From the human T2T-CHM13v2.0 reference genome, Homo sapiens, in assembly GCF_009914755.1 (NCBI RefSeq), contig NC_060936.1: a DNA stretch of 64,000 nt, one strand, 5' to 3'. The position numbers and the translations under genes are program-made. Below the pieces are notes generated by a model. It searched no databases. It had not been told where the DNA came from and was given only the letters and a program-made list of their open reading frames with translations. Below, piece by piece: positions 25,490 through 40,043 of this stretch; positions within the stretch are counted from its first letter, which is position 1; every line of letters starts with the position of its first letter.

Positions 25490-27225
25490 TTTGGCCACTT
25501 GGTACCACGGTGGGCTGAGGGGCTGCGGGTGGGAAGGCGATTTGAGGAGCACATTTGCAGGCAGCAGACTGTGGCTTCCAGAACCGACTGTGCCCGAGGA
25601 TAAGGCCTGAACTTCAACAACCTGCAAGTGGGTTGAGCAACCCGTTTCACCGTTGAGGAGACAGAGCGCTGGCCCAGCCTGGACCCGGAGCTGAGGTGGG
25701 TCCTGCAGAAGCCGTGGGGGGCCCGGACTGTGCATGGGAAAAGGGCCACACCAGGGGCTGCAGGACCCCTTCCTGATTCCCCCAGGACGGGGCGCCTGTC
25801 ATTTGTCTACAACCCATTTTCCCTGGGCCTTCTCCTCCGGCTTCCCCCGCATGAAGGAGTTTGCTGCGAAGCACGGAATTCCAGCAAGGCTGGGAAATCC
25901 ACGCAGGCCCAGCGCCCAGTGCCCCAGGGCCCCAGTGCTATGGGTCCCACAGGATCCGCTATTTGGGGTGAAGGCCCTGGGTGTCCCCGGGGGGCAGAGC
26001 TGGGCTCTCTCCTGCTTGGAGAAGGGTGTGCTTTTGTTTCAGAGCTGTGGGAGCAGACAACATTTCTGAAGGTTGCAATTTTTGTTTTTTAGCAAAAATT
26101 CCTTTCTAAAATGTATGAGCCCGAGCAACACATTCATTTTTGTGATACGGAGTGAAATCAGGCATGAATTTTTCACGTTTCTTTTCTCATTCATTGGGCG
26201 TTAGGTGTACCACTCCTCGGCTTGTCAAAATGTTTTAATTTGTGGATTTGTTTTTTAAAAGTGTACGATTGGCAGGGAAGTGGAGGAGGGTTTCCCTCCT
26301 GAGAACACCCACCACGTAGACAGGAGGCCCCAGTGCCAGCTCGGGACTTGGGGGTGGGAAGTGTTTAACTGGGATGGGGAATCCCCTGCATGACAGGTTC
26401 CTGTTTCCTGGCTCACCTGCAGGCTCCTGGAGTTGGCCAGATGAGACCCTGACGTGGAAACAAATCTCTCGGGCACAGGCACACTTCAGGGTGAGTGCAG
26501 CCTTCACAGGGGATGGGGCCTCACTGGGCTCTGAAGGCCAGGGCCACCTCCTCCTCCTCCTCCTTCCCAGGGACTCCAGGAATCCCCTCCCCATTCCCAT
26601 CCCCCAACCTCTATCCTCCATCCCAGGCTTTAAAGAGGTGCATTCACCTGTTGAAGATGGTGGCCCAGGCAGGAAAAGAGCAGGGGCTGCTGCTGACTTG
26701 TTCCCCAGGAGCACAGGAGAGGAGGCTTCGAGACCCACATGTGTCCTGTGGCTGCTCCACCCACACCGGGGTCTGACCCCAGCGGATCAGCAGAGAGGGC
26801 GGCCCAGAGCAGGAGGCCCAGCCCAGGGCAGCTGGGGTCTGCAGGGCTCCCCTCCAGAGGCCGCACCTCAGACCTTGGCAGCAGCCCCCAGCTCTGTGGA
26901 TCCTCCAGGAGATTTTCCCAAGCTCCAGCCCCAACCCTTTAATTCACACTGGGAAGAGCCTCAAAGAACCCGGCAGGGACGGAGCTCCCCCGACCCTCTG
27001 GGCAAAGATCAACTTGGTTAAAAGGGCCTCCAGCTGAAACCCATCTCCTGGGGAAATGTATTAAAACAGAAACTCTGCTAGGAAGATTGTTTTGCTCAGA
27101 CGTTCTTCTCCTCCTGGGTTTCTGCTTTTACAATCTTGACCTGAACTAAATTTAATGCAGAAACCTTCACTGGTTGCTGGGAGAGCAGAGTGGAGGTTTA
27201 AGTGAGAAAACTAATTTCAAAGAAC

Positions 27226-28042
27226 TGTAGGGGAAGGAAAACTTTTCCTCTACTCTCTCACCTTCAGTGGCTGGGGGCCTGTGAGTTAAACGGATGAAAG
27301 TTATTAACAGGAAGAAATTGGCTGGGTACCGTAGCTCATACCTATAATCCCAGCAATTTGGGAGGCCAAGGCGGGTGGATCACCTGAGGTCGGGAGTTCG
27401 AGACCAGCCTGACCAACATGGAGAAACCCTGTCTCTACTAAAAAATACAAAATTAGCCAGGCATGGTGACACATGCCTGTAATCCCAGCTACTTGGGAGG
27501 CTGAGGCAGGAGAATCACTTGAATCTGGGAGGTGGAGGTTGCGGTGAGCTGAGATGCGCCACTGCCCTCCAGCCTGGGGAACAAGAGTGAAACTGTCTCA
27601 AAAAAAGACAAAAAATCAACAGGAAAAAAGCATGCATTTGGAATTTTAAACTTAACGTGCATGAGGGTGTCCCAGAAATAAGCAAATACCAGAGGAGCAG
27701 TGAGATTCTGGAGCTCACATCTCGTCCTAACGGGGGTAGGGAGGGCAGAGGCGCACTTACGGAAACGCAAAGGACTTTATTGAGAGATAAATGGGCCCTC
27801 AGGAGGGCAGATGGGAGACATGGTCCTTTGTGACAATGTCTGCCGGGATGTGGGGGGGCTTCTCCCCTCCAAGAAGAGAAGATTACAGTTGTTCCTGGGG
27901 AGACACTTAGGACAATGGAGTTGTTTGGGGGAGGCTCTGGTTTTAGGCAGATAAAGAATTTTAGGAACTCCAATGCTTTCTGCTCAAAAGAATTCTGCTG
28001 CCAAAATGGCATACCTCAGGTTGGCACTTCCTGATTCCCTCT
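27226..28042 (-). mobile_element. MER34-family-like ERV1 LTR, split by an Alu
   Basis: Reverse complement of the right end (GGAATCAGGAAGTGCCAACCTGAGGTATGCCATTTTGGCAGC…TTTTGAGCAGAAAGCA) resembles a MER34-group LTR start; left end TGTAGGGGAAGGAAAA. Confidence 0.55.
27320..27615 (+). mobile_element. AluSp
   Basis: CACCTGAGGTCGGGAGTTCGAGACCAGCCTGACCAACATGGAGAAACCC and AACAAGAGTGAAACT diagnostics; flanked by an AACAGGA-like duplication. Confidence 0.88.
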
Positions 28043-28194
28043 AGAGCCTTGCGATGAACTGTAGACCTCTTCCTGTAAACACCACCACCACACACAAGTG
28101 AAAAGAGAAGGTCAGATTGAGGAGCGACGTTTGCCTCATGCTTAATAGTCAACAGTTTGGTACATGCAACCTCTAAGTGGCTTCCATAAATGAA

Positions 28195-28330
28195 TAACAA
28201 ACAGAAAGAAAGAGCGATAGAAAAATGAGCAGATATTATGAGCAGGTAATTCACAGAAAAGGAATATCAAAAAACAGTTAAGCAAAAGAAAAGATGTCCC
28301 CCCTCACTAATAATCAGCCAGACAGTGAAT
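28195..28330 (+). mobile_element. Old L1 (L1ME-like) fragment
   Basis: ATAGAAAAATGAGCAG…AATTCACAGAAAAGGAA…AAAAGATG…CTCACTAATAATCAG resembles the L1 ORF2 3' region. Confidence 0.45.
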
Positions 28331-28438
28331 TCAGCAGGTGTGTGACATTTTTGCCTGCCAGCTCCACGCTAATGTACTAAGATGTGCAGACAGCAGCCTG
28401 GGGAGACCAGCTGCACCTCCCTTAATGCAGTAGCTCTG

Positions 28439-28578
28439 GGCCAGGCATGATGGCTCCTACCTGTAATCTAAGCACTTTAAGAGGCCAAGGCAGGAGGATC
28501 ATTTGAGGCCAGGAGTTCAAGATCAGCTGGGCAGCATAGTGACCCCCATCTCTATAAAAAAGAAAAAAGAAAAAAAAG
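28439..28578 (+). mobile_element. FLAM_C-like free left Alu monomer with A tail
   Basis: Single monomer followed by an A-rich tail; GCAGTRGCTC is duplicated on both sides (TSD). Confidence 0.85.
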
Positions 28579-29099
28579 CAGTGGCTCCAAAGCCTCCCAT
28601 GGAAAACTTCTCATCATGTGGGCAAGGCAGAAGCTTCATTAGTAAAATGATTCAGCACCTGCCATCTGATGTCCATTCTCCAATCCCTTAGCCAAGTGCA
28701 ACTCAAATGCCATTGATCATGGCCTATTTCAGGGACACAAGTTTCCTTGCATTAATCACTCTTTCCAGGATGCCAGGCACACTGACCCCCTTGGTACAGG
28801 GTCAGGGGACCCACCTGTGTCTCCTCCTTGTCTGGGGGAAGTTTACATGCTCTATGGAGGGCGTGCTGCTGAGGGCAATACCAGAAGGGAAGTTTTCTAT
28901 AGGGGACCTCAGCTCCTGTTTATAAAGAGGGAGTCCAGGATAGGGGAGATGGCCCCTGGGAGGGGAATGTCTCCACATACCTAATAATTTGAGATGATTA
29001 TAACAATAATAAGTATATTTCATCCAGCGTTTGTGGTGGGATTGTCTGTGCTCTGAGACTTGTCATGATCTCACCACATTCTCTTCTCTCTCTGGGATA

Positions 29100-29978
29100 C
29101 CAACATCACCATCATCACCATTACCATCATCATCATCATCACCATCACCATCATCACCATCATAATCATCATTATAACCACCACCATCATCACCATCATC
29201 ACCACCACCATCACCATTATCATCATAATCATAACGATCATCACCATCATCAACATCATTATCACCATAACCATTGCCATCACCATCATAATCATTATAA
29301 CCACCACCATCATCCCATCGTCATCACCACCACCATCATCACCATCACCACCACCATTGTTACTATCATAATCATAATAATCATCACCATCATCATTAGC
29401 GTCATCACCATCATCACCATCATAATCATTATAACCACCATCATAATCATCATCACCACCACCATCATTATCATCATAATCACAATAATCATCACCATCA
29501 TCATTATCATCATCACCACCATCACCATCATCATCATCACCACCATCACCATCATCATTATCATCATCACCACCATCACCATCATCATCATCATCACCAT
29601 CATCATCATGATGACAATCATGACCGTCGTAGTCATCATTATCACCACCATGATCATCACCATCATCGTTATCACCATCATCACCACCACCATCATCATC
29701 ATCATAATCATAAAATCATCACCATCAACATCATTATCACCATCATCATCACCATCACCATCATCATCACTATCATCATCACCATCATCACCACTACCAC
29801 CATCATCATCATTGTAACAATCATCATCATCGTCAATATCATTATTACCATCATCATCACCATCATCACATCACCATCATTACCATCATCATCACCATCA
29901 CCATTATCATCACCATCATCACCATCATCCTCATCACCATCATCACTATCATCATCACCATTATCAACATCATCATCA
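29100..29978. repeat. (CAC/CAT)n degenerate trinucleotide tract, about 880 bp, inside a MIR-like relic
   Basis: CATCACCAT runs; MIR-like sequence before it (28990-29080) and after it (CCTATTTCACAGCTGAGGAAGTTGAGG). Confidence 0.93.
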
Positions 29979-31559
29979 TTCCTATTTCACAGCTGAGGAA
30001 GTTGAGGAGAGGAGGAGGAGAGGGCTCACCTCTGTCAGGAAATGACCAGGAAGTGGCTCCCATGACCCTCTTATCTTAGTGCATTGGTCAGAAATGGGTC
30101 ACTTGGTCACATGAGGCCACAAGGAGGGCTGGGGAAGGTTGTCCTCACTCTGGGTAGCCATGGGTCCAGTTCCCACTCAGGGCTCTAATCCACAGGTGAG
30201 GCAGATGTGGAGGGAGGGTTTGAGAGTCTTCAGTTCTGAGAAGCTCCTGGTGATGCTCATGCTGCTGGTCCCAGAGTAGCAGAGCTTTAGGGGCTCAAAT
30301 TCCCCATTTTCCTTCACTGTGAGAGGTACCTGCTTAGGGGCCATGGGAGAGTCCCTTTTATCCCATAACTGATTGTTGCTCAGGGTCCTCTCTGCAGAGC
30401 CCCCGGTCGACTCCCAGGGACAGACCTGTAAGGTTTCTCAGCTAATTGTGGCAGCATTTCCTGCAGTGGATTCACCCCCAGAATGTGGCACCGGGCTGCC
30501 TGTGCCTCTCTTTGTTTTCCTGTTGCTGATGCGGTGCCTGGGATAAGAGTGCAGAGCTGGCTTGGAAGACGGGAATTTCTCCTGTCGATATCAATCACGT
30601 CTAGTGTATTGCTGAACCTGCCTCATTACAATGTCAAATGTGTTCAGAGATGGGAGCTTAAACTGCCATTATCCTTACCCATATCTCTCTCTGCCTTGAA
30701 CTTCTGTAAGCAATGAATTTGAATCCCAGGACAGGGATGAGAAGGTGCTGAGTTCCAAAATGAGGGGATAGGCTTTGTGGCATCCTGGGCAGAGGAGTTT
30801 ATGTGTTTAGTGTGCAGGCACCACGGCGGGGGATCACCCCACAATGAACCCGGCCACAGGGCCATGGATGGGACACATCTCTCAGCGGGGACCCAGGGAC
30901 AGTGTCTCCATCACCTCCATCCCAGCGACCCTCTACTCACACCTGCAGTCAAATGTCTGCTCCTCCCTGTGAAGGGCGAGGGGGCCATGGAATCCCTGAC
31001 TGCACAAAAGGCTGAGCACTGCACACACCTGGAGATCTCAGGCCCCTGCCCTCTGGCTGAGCCAGGGGGAAAGGGGATTTTTCCTGGAATTCAACTCTCT
31101 GCACCGTGGCCACCCCTTGAAGGACTCACAGACTCCCCTGATTCAGCCTCATGGCATCTCAGGGAGGTTGGGCAGCTTCCCTCTGCAGCTGGAGGCCGAG
31201 TGCCTCTCCCACCTCCAATCCTGCCCTTCAGCAAACTGACTGACAGGCAAAGGAATCAACCCAGAGCCTCCAGAAGCTTCCAAGTCTCAGCCAGGGGAGC
31301 CACACCTGCCCAGATGCTGCAGAAGAGCAGCACTCAGTCATGGCCTGCGCTATTTCACACAAGAGGAAACTGGGTTTGGGAGAAGGAAGGGGCTACGCAG
31401 ACTTAAACAGACACGGCTTTAAGCAAAGATAAACTCACAGAGCAGAGAAGGTGTTCTCTACGCTCTGCTTTGTCCAGATTTTAGAATCATGAATGTGTGA
31501 CCTGAGACCCTATTAATTAGACGCTTTAATGTGATGACTAAAATTGGTCAAAAATTTAG

Positions 31560-33190
31560 ATTAGCCAATTCACAAAAGAGGATTCTCACACGTCCCATAA
31601 GCACAGGGACAGTTGTGCAGCATCGCCAGACATCAGGGAAGTAAAAATTAAACCATAGTGAGACTCCAGTCCATGCCCACAAGAATGGCTGGAATTGGAA
31701 CAGCTGACCTCCTGCTGAAGACCAAGTGGGGCCCTTGCAACTCCTGCATGTAGCTGGGAGGAGTGTGCAATGGTGCACCCCCCTAGGACACCCTTTTGGA
31801 TGGCTTCTGGGGAGGAGTGTGCAATGGTGCACCCCCTAGGACACCCTTTTGGATGGCTTCTGGGGAGGAGTGTGCAATGGTGCACCCCCCAGGACACCCT
31901 TTTGGATGGCTTCTGGGGAGGAGTGTGCAATGGTGCACCCCCTAGGACACCCTTTTGGATGGCTTCTGGGGAGGAGTGTGCAATGGTGCACCCCCTAGGA
32001 CACCCTTTTGGATGGCTTCTGGGGAGGAGTGTGCAATGGTGCACCCCCCTAGGACACCCTTTTGGATGGCTTCTGGGGAGGAGTGTGCAATGGTGCACCC
32101 CCCTAGGACACCCTTTTGGATGGCTTCTGGGGAGGAGTGTGCAATGGTGCACCCCCTAGGACACCCTTTTGGATGGCTTCTGGGGAGGAGTGTGCAATGG
32201 TGCACCCCCTAGGACACCCTTTTGGATGGCTTCTGGGGAGGAGTGTGCAATGGTGCACCCCCTAGGACACCCTTTTGGATGGCTTCTGGGGAGGAGTGTG
32301 CAATGGTGCACCCCCCTAGGACACCCTTTTGGATGGCTTCTGGGGAGGAGTGTGCAATGGTGCATCTCTAAGACACTCTCTTGGATGGGTTTTGTGGAGG
32401 AGGGTGCAACGGTGCACCCCTAAGAAACCCTCTTTGGTGGGTTTTGTGGAGGAGTGTGCAATAGTGCACCCCCAAACACCCTCTTGGATGGGTTTTGTGG
32501 AGGAGGGTGCAATGGTTCACCCCTAGACACCCTCTTGGATGGGTTTTGTGGAGGAGGGTGCAATGTCGGACCCCTAAGACACCCTCTTGGATGGGTTTTG
32601 TGGAGGAGGGTGTAATGGTGCACCCCTAAGGCACCCTCTTTGATGGCTTCTAAGAAGGTTACACATAGAACAATCCCATGACCCAGAAAATCCATTCCTG
32701 GGAACGTAAGAAAAATCCGTAAATATGTCCACAACAAACAACTGCACGAGAATGACACAATAGCTTTGTTCAAAATAGTGAAACCCAGAAACAACCCAGG
32801 CAAATGCAGAAACAAATAGCAGAATCTTCATACAATGCAACGTTACTCTACGATCACTCCTGAGAAAGACAGTTTTAGGGAGAAATCTCAAGAAATTATG
32901 TTGAGAAAAAAATGGGAGTCCTGAAATACTACACGTCACAGAATTCCATTTATATCCAGTTCCTGTCACTTAGGTTTCCAAACAGGCAAGACTGTGTGGA
33001 AACAGAGCACAGGAAAAGTGACCTCTGAGTGTGGACTGGAAAGGGCATGAGGGGCTTCCTGGGGGTGGTGTCTGTGCCTCAACTTGGGGGCGGTCACAAG
33101 GCCTGTACATATGTGAAGTCCCGTCCATCTGTACTCATAAGATTTGTTATTTTACTGAGTGTAAATGATGCCTCAAATAACTACTAAAAA
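31560..33190 (+). mobile_element. Old L1 (L1ME/MC-type) 3' region interrupted by a minisatellite
   Basis: CATCAGGGAAGTAAAAATTAAACCATAGTGAGA…CACAAGAATGGCT on the left; CCCATGACCCAGAAAATCCATTCCTGGG, GAATTCCATTTATAT and ATGCCTCAAATAA on the right. Confidence 0.7.
31757..32650. repeat. 53-54 bp minisatellite, about 17 copies
   Basis: Unit GGAGGAGTGTGCAATGGTGCACCCCC(C)TAGGACACCCTTTTGGATGGCTTCTGG; about 11 near-identical units followed by about 5-6 diverged units. Confidence 0.96.
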
Positions 33191-33553
33191 GGGATGATGG
33201 TAAATCCTGCCTGATCCTTCAAACCCCATCTCCTCCTGCCCCACCCTCAACCCTTTCCTTAATCTCCCAGCCACACACCATCCCCTAGAGCAAAGATGTT
33301 GTTTTTGCTGTTTTTTCCCCATACGTGGATTCAAGATCAATGCAAATATCAACTGTACATTTGAAGATTAAAGTGAAAGTCATTCTTGACTCCACCCCAT
33401 CCTTTTCCTCCTGCTCACCACATTCCTATTTATTTCCAGAGAAACACTGTGGCCTGGTGGGGGTGGGGGTGTCTCTTCTTCCAGAGGGTCTCTAAGCTTT
33501 TACATCCATACATCCATATGGATGGAAATAAGTGCCCCTTTCACCATGGCTTT

Positions 33554-33556
<3 letters not shown>

Positions 33557-33589
<33 letters not shown>
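33557..33589. repeat. (CA)n microsatellite
   Basis: About 16 perfect CA units. Confidence 0.95.
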
Positions 33590-33590
<1 letters not shown>

Positions 33591-33905
33591 CACACTGGGG
33601 CCATGTCTTCTTCCTTGCTTGTTTTGTAGAATAGCAAGCCTTAGAAATCTTTCCATATGCATATGTATAGTGCTACCATTTTGCATCAGCTGCTACACAA
33701 TATTCCATAACATGGACATACCATAGGCTGTATTTAACCAAATCACCCTCGGAAGAGACTAAAGTTTTATTTTTCCCCACGTCTCCAGGATGACTGTCGA
33801 CGTGGCAGCACACATTCTAGCACCCGCCTCCTTTGCCCATGCTCAGGTAGAGGCTGAGAAGTGAAATTGGGAACCATGGCATGTGTGCACTTTTTGTGCC
33901 AATAG

Positions 33906-34311
<406 letters not shown>

Positions 34312-34727
34312 ACTTGGCTAATACTTGACGTGATCATTTCCTCACTTCTGCCCATCAGATAGGTGAAACGTTGTATCTTGTTTTAACTTGTTTGCCCTCA
34401 TTCCTACTGAGTTGAGTATTTTTCTATGTTGCCCTTTGACATTTCTCTCCCATAAATTGTTTGTTTATATCCTTTGCCTGAATTTTTGCTGGGTTGTTTA
34501 TCTTTTCCACATTACTCTAGGAAGGCGTTTACAGATTCTGTGTGTGAATCTTTTGTTTTATGTCGTGTAATGTTTTCTCCGAGTCTGTGGCTAATCTTTT
34601 CACGGTATCTTTACTGATATGGAAATTTTAAATGTCGATGTAGACAAAATTATATATTTTTCACCTTAGCCCTGTGTGGTTTTGTCTTGTTTAGGGTCTT
34701 TTGACACCCAGGTTACATTTTCCTGCT

Positions 34728-35037
<310 letters not shown>

Positions 35038-35531
35038 CAGCATCTGATATTTCTAAACGACACATGACAATGACCAGTTTCTCCCAGTTTTCTGAATGTT
35101 GCATGTTCATAATATCCTGGATTGTATCAGTTTAGTGCCAAAAAATGGTTTCAAAATTATAATCCAGTTCCTTGCAGACAAAAAGGATTCTGGAATAAAA
35201 CAAATCAGAGCTGCTTCCACAAACCCCAATGAGGTTCCTGACTCTGGGCAGGCAGGAGTGGCCTTTGCTCCCCAGAAAAGGAACTAAAGAGAGTCGTGGA
35301 GGACTTGGAGCTCTTGCAGCCTCTGAGACTCTCAGGCCTCCCCTGGGGGGAAAACATGTCCAGAACCTGAAAAAGACAAATGAAAATCCACTCACACTGA
35401 CCGGCTGCTGCCCCTCACCCCACAGCCTGGGAGCTTCTCAGACGGCTGCCTTTCTGCCCATAGCGACTGGTTCAGGGCTGGGCTGCTGACAGAAGCTGGG
35501 TCAGGTAGAGCAAAGATTCTCCCCAAGACTG

Positions 35532-35732
35532 TTTATTGATACATAATAGATGTACATATTCGGGGTGCAGGCATATAATGTGTAGTGATCAAATCAAGAT
35601 CACTTGTGACGCTTGTGATACCTGCCACCCCAAATCAAGACACTTGTGATACCTGCCACCCCAAATATTTACCTTTCCTTTATGCGGGGAACATTCACAT
35701 TCTTCTCTTCTAGCCCTTTCGAAATCTACAAG
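35532..35732 (-). mobile_element. L1MA 3'-end fragment
   Basis: TTTATTGATACATAATAGATGTACATATT…GGGAACATTCACATTCTTCTCTTCTAGC; contains a small internal duplication. Confidence 0.65.
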
Positions 35733-38322
35733 GACAGTGAACAGGCGTCATGGAGGGAATGCTGGAGTCTGTTACCCACGTAGCTGTTATGCCAGAGGAA
35801 TGGGGTCCACAGTGGTCAGTGTGAGGCTCAGCCAGTGTGAGTGGAGGAAGCAAAGTTTGCACAGAGAAAGACGCAAGAGCACCATGCTGAGCTCCCGCTC
35901 CCTATTCCAGCCTCACAGAGACCCAGTCACACCTTGCTCTCCCCGCTTCATGTGGACTTCCCTGACCTACACCAGTGTGAGCTGCATTTCTGCCACTTCA
36001 AGCTGAAGCTGAGCCCTGACTGACACAGTTTTCTTATTTCTCCGGGAGCAGCACCACTCCTGATGGTCCCCTCCAAAGCCCCAGGAAACTCTTGTTAGCA
36101 ATCTTAGATTAAATTCAGTGAGTTTCTGGATCACGACAGGAAGCTGTGTCCAGCACGAAGGTGTCCTGTGAACAGGCTCAATCACAAGCTCTGCAGAGAC
36201 GGGAAGTGACAGAGGCCCCAGAAAGCCAGTTCCCGACAACGCCAATACTGCACGTTTATCAGCTGCGGCAAGAGCCGGCTGGAGGCGGTGGCAGCACCTC
36301 AATGCCCTTGCCTCGTCTTCAAGATTCTTCTGTTTGATGTTGCGTCCTCACTGTTCCTCTGCTGAGGAGCTGTAGTGTGGCTCACAACTACGCGATGACT
36401 CTCCAGATTCAAAGACCACATCTCACCCTCTCTAAAGCCCCAGGGGCCCAGCGCAGTGCCGAGTGCAGAAGGATTGATGAGCATTTGCTGAGCCGGGTGA
36501 TGATCCCACGGGCGTTGTTTCCTCTGCCCTCAGTCTCCAGCCTGCAGACGCCTGAATGGATTCTGGAGATGTGTGCGTTGGACTCTGAAGGTCCTCTGAG
36601 CCCATCCAGGATAAAGATGCTCTCTCCCAGGCGTCTGCTCAGCCGCCGGCTATCGGCAGGACATTGCGCACCAGGTATCTTCAAGCTGCTTCTGGCTGGA
36701 TTTAGGGCATGATGGAAACATCAAAACAACTGTAGTTCTGCCACGGGGTCCCACATCTGCTTATCCTGGGACAGCCACGCAGTCCCCACCCAGGAAGCGG
36801 CAGCAGGTTTCAGCACCCTGGAGAGGGCCAGGCCCCTGTGGCTGGTCAAGCTCCTCAGTGTTAAGGGAGCAGCTCAGGGAGGCCCCGCCCATGACGATGA
36901 GGGGACCACGAATGAAGTCAGCAGGTGAGCGGGAGGAACTTGACTCAGAGCAGTGGGAGGGCAGGAAGCGTGCTGGGGAGGAGCCCTTGAGGGGCCACCA
37001 CCTGGGGAAGCGCCTGCTGTCCCAGGGACAAGGGAAGTCTCCTCCTTTATTCCCCAGAAGGACAGCGTGGCTGCGGTCAAATCCATCCACAGGGCAGATT
37101 TTCCCCACGGCCCTGTCCCCTGACCCTAGTGGCCCTCCCACAGACATGCCCTGCAGGGCCCAGGACACTGGCCCTCGATGGGCCCTGAGCCAGTGCCACC
37201 TGTGTGTGCACTGATGAAGGTCAGGCACTTTATTGGAGGAAGGAGGAGCAGAAAGAGGAGAAGGAAACGTTAACTCCTAAATCACAAGGCAGAAAGGATT
37301 CCTGAAACAAATCAACCAAATCTGCCTCCTAGGTGGTTCCAGACCTGCCTCCCCTCCCCTCCCCGTTTCTTAGGGCGCGGCAGTAACGTTAACCCGGCTC
37401 CACTGCACATCCTCCTGACCCTGGCCCTGCACCCTTGGCCCCTGCACATCTCATGGCTGACACCTCTGTACGGGCTCTCATTTCACGTTTCACCTTCAAA
37501 TTGTGCTCTGTGAACACGTGTATGCATGCACATTTATTGATCTATTTGTTTACGTTTGTTTGATGATCCAGTTGCAGTCTCTTTTCATTAGAAAGCTAGG
37601 CTTGTTCCAAGCATAATATGTGCTTGTTTTGACTTCTTTTGAAAATGAAAGCACCTGAAACTTCCCACAGCTAATTAGCCTGCCAGGATTTGTTTAATGG
37701 CAGAGACAGAAAAATCCCCTCAATGCAGCCACGCAGCTCAGCAAGAGGGCGGAGGGAAAGATGCACCCCAGCCCCTTGACTCAGGTATTTAAGAGGAAAA
37801 CACGTCCTTCCGGGATGGGCAGAGGGCGGTGGCCTGCAGGCCGGCGTGGGTTGGCAGGAACGCCTGGGCTGACAGCTTTTCCTTCTGCCTTTCTGCTTCG
37901 CATCTGTCTCCCCAGAGACAGCAAATATGCCCAGCACCACGGTGGGCACGGAGACTCAGCCCCAGCCCTGAGAAGCGGCCCCAGGTCCTGAGTTATTTAA
38001 CAAGCAGAAGTGAGTAAATGATGTCCGAGGCTCCATCCCTCCCATCCCTGCTGATGGCTCATCAGTCACAGGCAGTTACAGGGAACGGGGGAAGCCACCG
38101 TCAGGGAGGTCCGTTTACTGCAGGATAGATGATTCGAATTAATATTTCCACCTCCAATCCAAATCATGAAAACAAGACATTACATTTGATTACAGCCAAT
38201 CAAAATAGCAGTCATCCTACCTTGGAGTGATCTCCTGCCTTATGTGGGCGAAGCCTCCAAGTCTTTCTATGTTATTTCCTCATTTGTGCCTAAAAAGTTC
38301 CTTCTAGGGAAGAAGGGCCCGT

Positions 38323-38434
38323 CATCATCCTGCCCACTGTGCAGCTGGAAAACCCAAGGCTCAGAGGTGCTTTCATGCATCATCCTGCCCACTGTGCAGA
38401 TGGAAAACCCAAGACTCAGAGGTGCTTTCATGCA
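38323..38434. repeat. 55-bp tandem duplication of a MIR-like segment
   Basis: CATCATCCTGCCCACTGTGCAG[C/A]TGGAAAACCCAAG[G/A]CTCAGAGGTGCTTTCATG occurs twice. Confidence 0.85.
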
Positions 38435-40043
38435 CTTCCCAACCTCCCAGAGGCCTGGAGAGCAGGGGCCAGCTGTGCTTCTCCTCCCGTGCTCTGCTCC
38501 TGAGCCAGGAGTTTCCCCAGCCGGGCCCCTGCCCTGAGCCCAGGTTGGGCCATGATTTCCTCCTTAGCCTGCCTCGGTCTCATCCTCTGGCCTCCAATAA
38601 TAGGGCACTTCTTCCAGGCAGCCGAGCCCAAGCCTCATGCTCCTATGCAGCCTTTCAGGAAGTCCCTGTGCTTCTGCCTTTAGAATAACCTTAGCGGCAG
38701 ACGTGTCCCAGTGCTGCTCTCATGAGATTTGCCCTGGGATTCTCTTCCGCACCCATGGCCTCTGCTTGGGGTCCTGCGGGACACACCCCAGGCTGCTGCC
38801 TGCACCCAGGCCCTGCACTCCCCACGCAGCTGCCTGGGGTCTCTCCCCAGCCTGTGCCAGAGGGTGTCACCCTCTACTCCCACCCTCGTATGGGCTCCAC
38901 CGGCTCTACAGAACTTGTGTCATCCCAAATGGCAGCAGAAGAGGCCCTGGTCCTCTTCAGGAGCCCATGTGCTCCCCAGGGTTTCATGGTTATGAAATGG
39001 ACCACTTCTGGCCCATGGGCTGTGAACTGTAGGGGCAGGAGAGGGCCCAGGGAGCTCCCCATTCTCTCTCCCAGAGGCTGGGCCTGGTTCATTCCCTGCA
39101 CCACAACTTCCACACCCCTGGAGACTTAAAACAGCCCCAGTTATGGTCTCATGGTTCCTGTGGGGTGGCCCAAGCAGCCCTTTCCTCTCTCACACAAGAA
39201 ACTCCAAGAAAGGGAGCAGAGGAGGGGCCCAAACCCTCCCATTCTGAGGTTGTCCCCAGGCCGTTCTGTCCTGCAGGCCCCCCGTGGTCAGGCAAACAAA
39301 GGGCAACCTAATAATAGACTCAGCAGGGCAGTCCCAGCAGGGGCACAACAGGCTTGCTGGTTGTCCCCAGTCCAAGGCTCCCTCTGTCTTCATGAGCCCA
39401 CCAGGGGATGGCCCAGCCCCAGGAGGCCCTTTCTCTCTTCATGGCCACACTCAATGGGGACCCAACTGTGTTCGTGGTGCTGCCTGTGCCTTCCCTGGTG
39501 TCTAATGGAGCTGAGACAAGCCCCACTGTGAGCTAAGCCCCAGAGAAGGCGGCAGGGAAGGAGTGGGGAGAGGAGGAGCACTAAGAATTCCATGCAAATG
39601 ATATTCAAATGAGCAGTACATGCTTCGGTCTGGATCCTGTTTTCTTCCTGGCCTCATTCCTGCTGGGCTGTGAACCTGCCCAACTTCCCATCCCCTGGTT
39701 ATAGACTTTTTGGGAAAAAGCATATTTAGCTACCAGCACTCTCCCAAGTCCAACAGAGCCAGAGCGAGGCTGTGAGACCCCACCCACCACTTGGGGATGG
39801 AGCCTCCCTCCCCACCATCTGCAGGCTGTGCCCCCACTCCACCCCTAAGTTCTTCTCTTCTCCATGCTCTACCTGAGCCCCCTCCTCCAAGAAGGCTTCT
39901 CTGACCAGTGCAGGTCACAGGGTCCTCATGGACTTCAGGGAGGCACAGCAGATAGGACACTGGGCAGGTGACCAGGAGCCAGTGAAAGTGGGAAGGACTC
40001 AGAAAAATCATTTGAGAGGAGAGTGTGAGCTGTGCAAATTTTT

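Noticed and set aside
29065-29817. Poly-His/Ile/Thr 250-aa ORF
   Set aside because: Translation of a (CAC/CAT)n microsatellite.
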